Origin: Octopus bimaculoides
Taxonomy: Eukaryota
Assembly (NCBI RefSeq): GCF_001194135.2
Contig: NC_068998.1
Span: forward strand, 10,742,378-10,781,930
Length of the DNA: 39,553 nt
Direction: 5' to 3'
The position numbers and the translations under genes were made by a program. The notes beneath the pieces are model-generated. The model was given only the letters and a program-made list of their open reading frames with translations, made no database searches and was not told where the DNA came from. Shown here one piece after another: positions 23,820-33,290 of the stretch; position 1 is the stretch's first letter; each line of letters begins with the position of its first letter.

Positions 23820-24400
23820 GCTAACGTTGTGACTGCCCGTCAAAAGTGATGACAGCGTCGATCCATGACGTTCATTCTTCTCTGCCTCCAATATATCGTT
23901 TCTCGTGGGATCGGGCGTGGCTGGAAGATCGATACGAGACAGGCAGATCCTATGGCATTGAGGACACTGAGAGTGATCCCGAACAACAACTGCAGTGAGG
24001 TTGATGACCACATCTCTTCCTCCCTCATAGTTCCTCGCATTCAAAGCGTTCTACTCAAATTCCACCAGTGTCGATTTTTGCCTTTCATCCTTTCGGACTC
24101 GATAAAGTAAGCATCGGTGGAACACCGGAGTCAATGTAATCGACTTAACCCTCCACGAAATTGCTGGCCTTGTGCCGAAATTTGAAATCAGTATTAAACA
24201 TTGAGTAGAATTATCTATGATATTCTTTTCTACTCTAGGCAGAAGACCCGAAATTTTTAGAGAGGGAGCCAGTCGATTAGATCGACCCAAGTAGGCAATT
24301 GCCACTTAATTTATCGCCCCACGAAAGGATGAAAAGCAAAGTTGACCTCGGCGTTCTACTGCTTTTCGATCGTTTCATCGGTGAGAAATAACAGCCTAAT
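23820..24400 (-). mobile_element. 3' remnant of an RTE-clade LINE ORF2, interrupted by the 24056-24350 insertion
   Basis: Minus strand gives CPQCHRICLSRIDL (RTE-type C-terminal CxxCxRxCxSRIGL zinc-finger-like motif). Removing the insert and one TSD copy restores RKAVERFE across the junction, resembling the RTE ...GxxxFExxR segment. Confidence 0.62.
24056..24350 (+). repeat. 295-bp duplicate of 20945-21240 (tail-to-tail SINE C pair plus unique spacer) flanked by a 10-bp direct repeat
   Basis: About 18 differences in about 296 nt by manual alignment. Shares private variants and the spacer cagtattaa.cattgagtag.attatctatgat. GCGTTCTACT lies at 24046-24055 and 24351-24360. Confidence 0.9.
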
Positions 24401-24882
24401 CTCCCTTAAATTACACATCAGCGTCTGAAAATAAAAACAGAGCACACATTTGGTATTGTAGTCCGAGANNNNNNNNNNNNNNNNNNNNNNNNNNNNNNNN
24501 NNNNNNNNNNNNNNNNNNNNNNNNNNNNNNNNNNNNNNNNNNNNNNNNNNNNNNNNNNNNNNNNNNNNNNNNNNNNNNNNNNNNNNNNNNNNNNNNNNNN
24601 NNNNNNNNNNNNNNNNNNNNNNNNNNNNNNNNNNNNNNNNNNNNNNNNNNNNNNNNNNNNNNNNNNNNNNNNNNNNNNNNNNNNNNNNNNNNNNNNNNNN
24701 NNNNNNNNNNNNNNNNNNNNNNNNNNNNNNNNNNNNNNNNNNNNNNNNNNNNNNNNNNNNNNNNNNNNNNNNNNNNNNNNNNNNNNNNNNNNNNNNNNNN
24801 NNNNNNNNNNNNCACACACACACACACACGCACGCGTGCATACTCATGGAAACATGTGTAATATATATCTATGTGTCTAGAT

Positions 24883-25124
24883 CAGGGGTTTTCAAACTAT
24901 GGTCCGCGGACCACAGAGGGTCCGCAAGGACAAGACAGGGGGGCCGTGGACAGCAAATACTTTTTATGGGCAATTTGATTTTATATATGTTTTTTAATCG
25001 AAATCTTTTAATTGACAATAAACCTATTTGTTAAATACTGTTAAATAAATAAATGTAAAAATATATGTTATTTTAAGCAAATATTTATGTATAAATTTCA
25101 TAAGCGTTTATAAGGGGGTCCCTG
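24883..25124. mobile_element. hAT (Charlie-type) MITE
   Basis: Starts CAGGGGTTTTCAAACT and ends CCCTG. Exact 8-bp TSD GTCTAGAT (24875-24882, 25125-25132) fits the NTCTAGAN preference. The 3' TIR is partly deleted. Confidence 0.8.
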
Positions 25125-25710
25125 GTCTAGATAGAGAGAAAGAGATATATACTTTTGTATGCTTATGCATATAAACACATACAGACAGACAGACCTGATT
25201 AAATTGGGTTTTTAGTAAGGCCAACAAATTATATAGACTGTTACAATAATTAGACAGTGACAAATTATATATATGGATAAATATTTCTTTCAAAGAAAGG
25301 TTTTCCTTAATACATTAAGAAGAATGGGGTCATTTTATCTTGAGGCGATAATATATGACTGACGATTTCATTTCTTTTCTTATTTTGCTTTGGTGAAACA
25401 AAAGAAAATATTTTATATTAAGAAAAAACAAATGAAGAAACAAACCGTATAAACAAACGTACAAATAATTAAGAAATATTTGAATAAACATGTACTCTAA
25501 TGAGAAAAAATCAAGGACGTTGAGAGTTCGTCTGGTTTCTGTTTGTGAATGGTGGATGAAACGGTGACAGTACACACACACACACACAAATTAAAATGTG
25601 AGGCTAGAAATGAATAGATGAATAAAGAAAGAAGTCTACTTATTTGTTGAAAAGGTCAAGTGATGGTACGCAGGTCACCTAGTTTAGAAAGACACAAAAA
25701 TAGAAACGTG

Positions 25711-25885
25711 GAAAAATTTGTGGTGGAAGAGTACAGCAGGGTTCGCCACCATCCCCTGCCGGAGCCTCGTGGAGCTTTAGGTGTTTTCGCTCAATAAACA
25801 CTCACAACGCCCGGTCTGGAAATCGAAACCGCGATCCTATGACCGCGAGTCCGCTGCCCTAACCACTGGGCCATTGCGCCTCCAC
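25711..25885 (-). mobile_element. SINE family A, 5' half only
   Basis: Reverse complement of the tRNA-like head through ...gtactcttccaccacaaa. The 3' half is absent. Confidence 0.88.
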
Positions 25886-26149
25886 TACATACATACATAC
25901 ATACATATACACATACATTCACACATATATATATATGGTGGGGCGTACACACGTGTGTAAGTGATACGCCAATAATTTGATTATTAAAAAAAGTAAAGTT
26001 TAAACTGTTTGATAATTGTAATAATTGTAAAACTTATTTTCTAAAACTATTTAGAATTTTCTTTAGAAATACCAAAAGTTAGAAATATTGCCCGCGTATT
26101 TAATTATCCAATGTATTTGTTTCCCTGCAAAAGAAGAGAATTTTAATCA

Positions 26150-26303
26150 CCATGTGGCACCCATATGATTCTGATGCATGTGCCTGGTGTACCCTTATCA
26201 GACGGGTAGTCATGGTAAGTATACTGGGCTTCGTAAATTTTACCCCAGTGTCACTTTGATGGCATGCACTGCTCTCTCACTCAATAATAATAATAATAAT
26301 AAT
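26150..26303 (+). mobile_element. Retroelement 3' end with (TAA)n tail
   Basis: ...cccagtgtcactttgatggcatgcactgctctctcactc followed by (AAT)n at 26283-26303. Recalled as a common Octopus LINE 3' end; (TAA)n tails are typical of R4/Dong elements. Confidence 0.5.
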
Positions 26304-26325
26304 TACAAACTTGTTTCTGTTACAG

Positions 26326-26588
26326 AAAAACCGCCTCTCAAGGGCAAAAATTGCAAATGTTCAGCTTCTGGAGATCCTCACTACCGAACCTTTGACGGCC
26401 AACTGATCCACTTTATGGGAACGTGCAAATATACTTTGGCAAGATCTCTGCAATCCAAAGGCGCTAGATTTTTCAATGTTGAAGTGAAGAACGAAAACAG
26501 AGGTAACAAGAAAGTGTCTTACACCCGTATGGTTGACATTATTCTGAACGGTGTCCGTATCCGTTTATTGCCAAAACTCAAGATGAGG
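26326..26588 (+). CDS. Exon 4: N-terminal half of a von Willebrand factor type D (VWD) domain with GDPH motif
   Basis: Acceptor ctgttacag| (phase 1), donor AGG|GTAAGT (phase 0). Translates KPPLKGKNCKCSASGDPHYRTFDGQLIHFMGTCKYTLARS...FNVEVKNENRGNKKVSYTRMVDIILNGVRIRLLPKLKMR. C-x-x-S-GDPHYxTFDG...F-x-G-x-C-x-Y-x-L is the canonical VWD start. Confidence 0.93.
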
Positions 26589-27216
26589 GTAAGTGTAATG
26601 AAGGTTTCTTTCAGTGATACTTGATATTACAGTTAAATGTTTCGTTTAAAATGGCCGATAGGTTGGCTGAATAGGATAACGATTCTACCAGTTCGCCGCC
26701 TTACGCCAACAACCACAGCGACAATATGTATGTATGTATGTGCAGATTTGTATGTGTTGTTTTATGTATGTATTTTCATGTATATAGTTGCATATCTAGA
26801 CATGCTCATATATACTTAAATGATAAACTTCTGGAAAGCTTTACAAATTTTTACAGCTCCAGTGTTGGATTGAGTTTGTAGTCTTCGAATCAGCTTTCTC
26901 CTTTCAGATTTTGAGAAGCCTAATTTCTCAAGATTGTTAATTAGGCAGTGTGTTACGTATCCCAGAGCCCCGTATATATGTATGTATGTATGTATGCATG
27001 CATGTATGTATATCACTCTTAGTGCTTCTGGAAACAGGTAACCTAGTACAACTTGTCGCATCGTTGGGCCGTCTAAACAAGCAACACTACCTAGCCTGCT
27101 TGATAAGAAGGGTGGTTTGCGTTGGACACCCAGCAGGATGAAAAATAACACCTCTTTTACTTGGACTCAACAACTAAACCAATATTTACTTCGATGCTAT
27201 GTATGTATGTATGTAA

Positions 27217-27515
27217 TGGAGGCGCGTGGCGTAGTGGTTAGGGTGTTGAACTCATGATCGTAAGATTGTGGTTTCGATTTCTGGACCAGGCGGCGCGTTG
27301 TGTTCTTGAGCAAAACACTTCATTTCACGTTGCTCCAATCCACTCAGATGGTAAAAATGACTAATCCTGCAACGAATCGGCGTCTCGTCCAGGTGGAGAA
27401 TATATACACCATGGAAGCCGGGAAAATATACACCATGGAAGCCGGGAAAATATACACCGTGGAAACCGGCTCTTATGAGTCGGTATGACTCGAAAAAGTA
27501 ACTTTACCTTACTTA
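27217..27515 (+). mobile_element. SINE family B variant with internal 24-bp tandem repeat and different 3' tail
   Basis: Head and centre match 32730. ATATACACCATGGAAGCCGGGAAA occurs about 2.8 times at 27402-27469. Tail is ...gactcgaaaaagtaactttacctt. Confidence 0.8.
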
Positions 27516-27967
27516 AGGTATGTATGTATGTATGAAATGTATGTTAAAGCCATTGAGAGGTTCCTTCAAAGTCCCTCGAACTGTTAGAAACAGTAGCTAA
27601 AACTTAATCGAACAACGTATACTGCCTTTGAAACAGGACCCAGAAGATAATATAATATCCTAGATACATTATATTTGAAGATAAGGTGGGGTGGTCACGG
27701 TTCAGCTTCTTAAAAATAGCAGCCAAATCACTATCGAACTATGGCCCTGACTTAAATAAAGGGAACACATATTGCATAATGTATACCTAGATAAACTATG
27801 TCAGAAAGACAAGATTGACCCAAGGCTAAACAGCAATAATAACGGACCCTCACTTGACTTGCTAGAAATAGCAGCCAAATATGTCTTAAAACACAACGTT
27901 TTAAGAGAAGGAAAGGATACATTTCAGATAATGCAGTGCTTAGACTGTATGGAAGGGGTTACAATTG

Positions 27968-27999
27968 AAACCTCCTTGAATAATTATTCAAGGAGGTTT
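27968..27999. repeat. Perfect 32-bp palindrome
   Basis: AAACCTCCTTGAATAA|TTATTCAAGGAGGTTT has no spacer and no mismatch. Confidence 0.95.
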
Positions 28000-28277
28000 A
28001 GATCGGAGCTGACTAAGGACTAAACTACAACAATAATGGCAGCAGCAGCATGATTATCCTTAAATCTACATCATGTAATCTTCAATTATCTCATCATATT
28101 CTTAATCATGACCATTTCACTTATGATGATTATTTCACTACTCATCGCCACCACCACCACCAAAATCATCATCATCATCGTCATCATTATCATCATCAAC
28201 AACGTGTCTATTTAAATACGACTAAAATTTAATTCTTTTATTTGTTATCTTGGAGGTGGAGGCAGTCGGTCTTATTA

Positions 28278-28572
28278 TTGTTGTTGGCACTCCGTCGGTT
28301 ACGACGACGAGGGTTCCAGTTGATCCGATTAACGGAACAGCCTGCTCGTGAAATTAACGTGCAAGTGGCTGAGCACTCCACAGACACGTGTACCCTTAAC
28401 GTAGTTCTCGGGGATATTCAGCGTGACAAGGCTGACCCTTTGAATTACAGGTACAACAGAAACAGGAAGAAAGAGTGAGAGAAAGTTGTGGTGAAAGTGT
28501 ACAGCAGGGTTCGCCACCATCCCCTGCCGGAGCCTCATGGAGCTTTAGGTGTTTTCGCTCAATAAATACCCA
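28278..28572 (-). mobile_element. SINE family A, head lost in gap, small internal deletion
   Basis: Matches 9105-9414 except for loss of the segment between two GTGACA repeats. Confidence 0.88.
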
Positions 28573-29051
28573 NNNNNNNNNNNNNNNNNNNNNNNNNNNN
28601 NNNNNNNNNNNNNNNNNNNNNNNNNNNNNNNNNNNNNNNNNNNNNNNNNNNNNNNNNNNNNNNNNNNNNNNNNNNNNNNNNNNNNNNNNNNNNNNNNNNN
28701 NNNNNNNNNNNNNNNNNNNNNNNNNNNNNNNNNNNNNNNNNNNNNNNNNNNNNNNNNNNNNNNNNNNNNNNNNNNNNNNNNNNNNNNNNNNNNNNNNNNN
28801 NNNNNNNNNNNNNNNNNNNNNNNNNNNNNNNNNNNNNNNNNNNNNNNNNNNNNNNNNNNNNNNNNNNNNNNNNNNNNNNNNNNNNNNNNNNNNNNNNNNN
28901 NNNNNNNNNNNNNNNNNNNNNNNNNNNNNNNNNNNNNNNNNNNNNNNNNNNNNNNNNNNNNNNNNNNNNNNNNNNNNNNNNNNNNNNNNNNNNNNNNNNN
29001 NNNNNNNNNNNNNNNNNNNNNNNNNNNNNNNNNNNNNNNNNNNNNNNNNNN
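28573..29051. other. Assembly gap predicted to hide the missing VWD exon(s)
   Basis: Only uncalled sequence between exon 4 and the C8 exon. Other gaps: 3853-4720, 9415-9803, 12171-13120, 19182-19860, 24469-24812, 34167-34458, 38097-38350. Confidence 0.7.
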
Positions 29052-29103
29052 GACTAAATATTTCGTCCAGCGTGCTAACGACTCTGCCAGTTCGCCGCCT
29101 TAG

Positions 29104-29326
29104 CCCATTCGATACCAACCCGGCCTGAAACCGCCTCTGGCTCTGTAGTACAAATGTCTTGCTTTCCTAAGTTTTGAATTAAAATCTTCCACCAAACCTT
29201 AGTCACAATTTATGTTCTTAACACTAGCTGAATGATAACTAAGGTATTTTACTAAATTCTTTATTATATCTAAAACTAACTGAAAGAAACACAGAGCATC
29301 TCAAAATAAATACGGTAATGAAAGGG
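29104..29326. mobile_element. piggyBac-type MITE
   Basis: Ends CCCATTCGATACC and GGTAATGAAAGGG are imperfect inverted repeats with CCC/GGG termini. Flanked by TTAG (degenerate TTAA, 29100-29103) and TTAA (29327-29330). Confidence 0.7.
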
Positions 29327-29448
29327 TTAATCAACAATATAATAATTAGACTTACTTTATCACGTTCATTTAAGCTTCTAGCCTCTCTCCTCTCCTGCTT
29401 TTTCTCTCTTTTCGTCTTCATCTGTACATTAATAATCTCTAATGTTGC

Positions 29449-29657
29449 TAAAGCAACGAGCTGGCAGAAACGTTAGCATGCCGGGAGAAATGCTTAGCGG
29501 TATTTCGTCTGTCTTTATGTTCTGAGTACAAATTCCGCCTTACATCCTTTCGGGGTCGATAAAATAAGTACCAGTTGCGTACTGGGGTCGAGCTAATCGA
29601 CTTCCCCCCCTCCTCCCCCAAAATTTCGGGTCTTGTGCCTAGAGTATAAAAAAGAAT
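29449..29657 (+). mobile_element. SINE family C immediately upstream of the C8 exon acceptor
   Basis: Full head to gtgcctagagta...aagaat tail, with a short deletion after the B box. Confidence 0.82.
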
Positions 29658-29688
29658 CTCTAATGTTTCTATAACTTTTGATATTCAG

Positions 29689-29966
29689 ATGTGAAGAGAA
29701 AGATCCTAACCCTGATGAGGTATGTAAAATAAACGGAGAAAAATACTGTAATATTATCCGCAATCCAAGAGGGATGTTTGGGAAATGCATCGAAAAGCTG
29801 GGAGCAGAGGATGTCAGAGAATTCTATGAGTCTTGTTTGTACGATTATTGCTTTTATGCCAATTCGACATTCATCGAAAGTATTGTATGCGCCGCCCTGG
29901 AGAGTTTTGCTGCAGAATGCGAAGCGGCTGGAGTCGTCTACAATTGGAGGTTTCTTGTCAATTGTC
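29689..29966 (+). CDS. Exon encoding end of VWD linker plus C8 domain
   Basis: Acceptor atattcag| (phase 2), donor C|GTGAGT (phase 1). Translates CEEKDPNPDEVCKINGEKYCNIIRNPRGMFGKCIEKLGAEDVREFYESCLYDYCFYANSTFIESIVCAALESFAAECEAAGVVYNWRFLVNC. The C..F..C..D.C...C..L..FA..C...G...WR...C pattern is typical of C8. Confidence 0.92.
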
Positions 29967-30051
29967 GTGAGTGGAATTAAAAATTTCATACGTTCCTATT
30001 TTATTTTTTTTTACTTTTATTTTTGCATCTCAGACATTTTATTTATTTATT

Positions 30052-30374
30052 TTAATTGTTTCTGTCATTAGACTGCGACCATGCAGGGGCATCACCTTGA
30101 ATTTTAGTCGAGCTAATCAACCCCAAGACTTTCTTTTTGAGTCTGGTTCTTATTCTATCGGCTTCTCTTGCCGAACCGCTAGGTTATGCGGACGTAAACA
30201 CACCAACACTGGTTAGACAGACACAAAGATACACGCACAGGCTTCTTTCGGTTTCCGTCAACTCACAAGGCTTTGGTCGGCCCGAAGCTATAGAAGACAC
30301 TCGCCCAAAGTGTCATGCGGTGGGAATGAACTGGGAATCATGTGGTTAGGAAGCAAATTTCTTACCACACAACC
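30052..30374 (-). mobile_element. SINE family D
   Basis: ttgtttctgtcattagactgcgaccatgc...gccgaaccgctaggttatgcggacgtaaacacacc...cttaccacacaacc. Confidence 0.8.
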
Positions 30375-30459
30375 ATTTTCCGTCTTGCTACTCTATTGGC
30401 GTTTTGTTGTTGCAGTTGTTGCTGCTGTTGTTTTTCTTAGACGCTCCTATTTTAAAAGG

Positions 30460-30844
30460 AACAAGAGCACTCAGTGGGCGCAAACCTCCGTCAAGGCAAC
30501 ACCAAAGTCCTCTCAACGATTAGCCAGAGTTGATTTTTTAAATGAGAATATCTAAAATAAACTCGACTGCTCTCACAAATGAGAATACTAAAAATGAATC
30601 CGACCGCTCTAAAATATTAAATTTAAAAAAAAACAAAAAAACAGGAAAAATAATTCAGAATCCTTGTCCGGTACAAGATCAATCCCAAAATCTAATCAGT
30701 TTGTGCCAGTCACGAGGTCAAACATTCCTGAAAGTTTCATCCGAATCCCTCCAGCGGTTCTTGAGATATCTTGTCCACAGACGAACGAACAAACAAACAC
30801 GACTGAAACAATACCTCCGCCTTCGCTAAGGCGGAGGAGGTAAC
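30460..30844. mobile_element. Non-autonomous Helentron/DINE-1-like (HINE) element
   Basis: Subterminal ACCTCCG at 30484-30490 and 30813-30819. 3' hairpin CCTCCGCCTT-cgct-AAGGCGGAGG (30814-30837). Short (GAAC/AAAC)n microsatellite before the hairpin. No transposase. Confidence 0.6.
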
Positions 30845-30871
30845 AATGGTCGATTAGTTCAGCCAGTGTTC

Positions 30872-31107
30872 AGGCATGGCTGCAGAGTTAACAAACATAT
30901 TTTCAACCACGGGGTTTGTATTTCAGTCCAACTGCGCAGCGCTTTGGGCGAGTGCTTTCTGCTATAGTCCCAGGTTAAAGGTCAACTCTGCCTTTCAAGC
31001 TTCCAGGATCGGTAAAATAAAATACCAGTTGAGTACCGGGGTTGATAGTATCGGCCTGTCCCTTTTTCTTAAATTTGCCGGCGTTGTGTCTAAATCAGAA
31101 ACTATTT
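30872..31107 (+). mobile_element. Chimeric SINE: family D head joined to family C 3' half
   Basis: ggcatggctgcagagttaac...ttcagtccaactgcgcagcgctttgggcgagtgctttctgctatagtcccagg (D head) then ggtcaactctgcctttca...ggtaaaataaaataccagttgag...aaatcagaaactatt (C core and tail). Confidence 0.6.
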
Positions 31108-31476
31108 TCAGATATAGCGAACATGCCACATATACACACACGTGTATTTACTTATGTATGCGTGTATGTGTGTGTGTATATATATACTCTTCGAAACGCC
31201 AGTGTTAGAATGGAGGCAGCTGATGAAGGATATGTTCTCTATGTGGCCTGTGTGTTTTCTATACTCTGTTTATCATTTGTCTACGTTTTGTTTGCAACGT
31301 CCTGTACCCAGATATGCATCTATTTATACATGTAGATGTTGGTATGTACATACATGTACGTATATATGCATATACCCATTTATTATTTGTATTATATATG
31401 TATGTATGCATGTTAAATTGTTTCGTGTCTCTAAGTGCTTATATGTAAGAGCATATAAAACATGTACTTCATCTAG

Positions 31477-31670
31477 CCATGGATTGCCCGGACAACATGG
31501 AATACAAGTACAAAGCTAGTGGATGCCAACCAACCTGTGTAGAGGCGAGCCCAGATTGTATCAGAGAAGAAATTGAAGGATGTGTGTGCAAACATGGTTA
31601 CGTCCTCAGTGGAGAGAATTGCATTAAACCACGTGACTGTGGTTGTACCTACGACGAATTTTACATCAAG
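31477..31670 (+). CDS. Exon encoding TIL (trypsin inhibitor-like Cys-rich) domain and start of TILa/E module
   Basis: Acceptor catctag| (phase 1, joins NC|P). Translates MDCPDNMEYKYKASGCQPTCVEASPDCIREEIEGCVCKHGYVLSGENCIKPRDCGCTYDEFYIK. It is an 8-Cys TIL lacking both partners of the usual C2-C6 pair. The 3' end is placed at a non-canonical AAG|GCAAGC donor (phase 0), required by the next exon's phase. Confidence 0.88.
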
Positions 31671-32729
31671 GCAAGCAGTATTTCTTTCTCTTGTCCATTC
31701 TGCTCTGTTCTCCACTTACGTTTCTCTTATCTATTTTGCTTTCTCTCCTCCATTCTGCTCTATGTAGTCCACTCTATCCTCTACGTGTATTTGCAAGCTG
31801 ATTTAATTTCTACTGAAGTATGTAATTGCAGCCAATAACTCGGGTTCCTTTTATTGAGCCTGGTCGCAGTTCATTTATTTTCCTTCGGTGTCTGGCGGTC
31901 ATCGTAGAGGTGCCCTGTGTCAAAAAGTATCATTCATAGCAGACGTTCTCTCGAGCACCTGACTCGGTCTCAGAAATTGCAGCCCGAGTTGTTATCTATA
32001 ATCGTAAAAATTAAAAGTAATTCAATGTTTTCTTGAAACAATAAATTTCTAGGATTTTTTTGGTTTGACGGGCAACACTTGTTTTCTTAACGAAACACTT
32101 TCAAACTTGGGACACCTGGTAGAATGTGTCATATAAAACAACTTTTTCTCTTAGCCTTCTTAACAAAAAATTGTACATCGCAAGTTATTTCATGTTAAAG
32201 TTGTCGTATTTCTGTAATTTCAACCAATCACTGACGTCTATTCAGCTCTATAGAGATTAGGATTTAAATTTCAATCTATGAAAAGTTTCCGTTTTACAAT
32301 GTTCTTAAAGGAGCGAAAAGTTATCCAGCAATTCGGGCTAATACGAACGAGCCTAGTAGGTGTAAAAAAAACTAACTGACATCTCTTGTCAAGAGTACAG
32401 ACACTGTCGTTATTTGATTACTGTTATTCTGTGCGTCTGTGTGCAAAGATCAGTTGTGTCTTGCAGGGCTGTTTTATTTTTACCCTTAACTTAGAAATGG
32501 AGAAAGGCATAGTGCTAAATATAAAAAATAAGCCATTTGTGGGATTAGAAATAAAGCAGGAAAACGTGTAATTTTTCGAGCAGGCATATATGTCATATGC
32601 GAAATCTGTGATGAGGAGCCCGAGTGACGATGATGACCTGAAGTCGCCTCTGATATGTATGTCTGTGTAATAAGAAGTAAAAACGATTTTAAAAATCCAG
32701 GCAGATATCTATTAAGCACTCAGTGTTTA

Positions 32730-32992
32730 GTGGAGGCGCGTGGCTTAGTGGTTAGGGTGTCAGCATCATGATCGTAAGATTGTGGTTTCGATTCCTGGAC
32801 CGGGCGATGCGTTGTGTTCTTGAGCAAAACACTTCATTTCACGTTGCTCCAGTCCACTCAGCTGGCAAAAATGAGTCACGCTGCGATGGACTGGCGTCCC
32901 GTCCAGCTGGGGAACGCATACGCCATTGAAACCGGGAAACCGGGCCCATGAGCCTGGCTAGGCTTTAAAAGGGCGCATTTATTTATTTATTT
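32730..32992 (+). mobile_element. tRNA-derived SINE, family B (CORE-like centre), full length
   Basis: Head TGGAGGCGCGTGGCTTAGTGGTTAGG...GGTTTCGATTCC, CORE-like ttcttgagcaaaacactt...aaaaatgagt, then ctgcgatggactggcgtcccgtccag and an (ATTT)n tail. TSD ACTCAGTGTT at 32718-32727 and 32993-33002. Confidence 0.85.
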
Positions 32993-33064
32993 ACTCAGTG
33001 TTAAACGAATTTGGTAAATTATATCCAATAATCAGAGACCAATAGATACATGCAAGTATACATA

Positions 33065-33290
33065 TTTTCTTTTTCTTTTTCTCGCTTTCTTTTCTTTTCT
33101 TTTTTTTCACTTTCTTTTCTTTTTTTTCACTTTCTTTTCTTTCTTTTCACTTTCTTTTCTTTTTTTTTCACTTTCTTTTCTTTTTTTTTTCACTTTCTTT
33201 TCTTTTCTTTTTTTCACTTTCTTTTGTCCTCTTTTTTCACTTTCTTTTGTCCTCTTTTTTCACTTTCTTTTGTCCTCTTTTTTCTTCATT
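33065..33290. repeat. Near-pure pyrimidine minisatellite, unit about (T)nCACTTTCTTTT(C/GTCCTC)
   Basis: About 9 imperfect units. The only regular purine is the A of CACTTT, plus G in the later units. Confidence 0.9.

Noticed and set aside
26178-26325. ORF-track start codons for the exon-containing ORFs (20090, 22733, 26178, 29678, 31479, 33456, 35636, 37159)
   Set aside because: These are open frames running through intron sequence or internal codons. The real boundaries are the splice sites given.
27402-27469. 24-bp direct repeats resembling a CRISPR array (also a 20-bp repeat at about 7471-7516)
   Set aside because: Head-to-tail tandem copies with no spacers, inside a SINE or simple repeat, in a eukaryotic genome with no cas genes.
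31678-31683. Canonical GT donor (GTATTT) as the end of the TIL exon
   Set aside because: Phase 1 is incompatible with the phase-0 acceptor at 33600 and the consensus is weak. Later in-phase GTs would insert non-homologous low-complexity residues.
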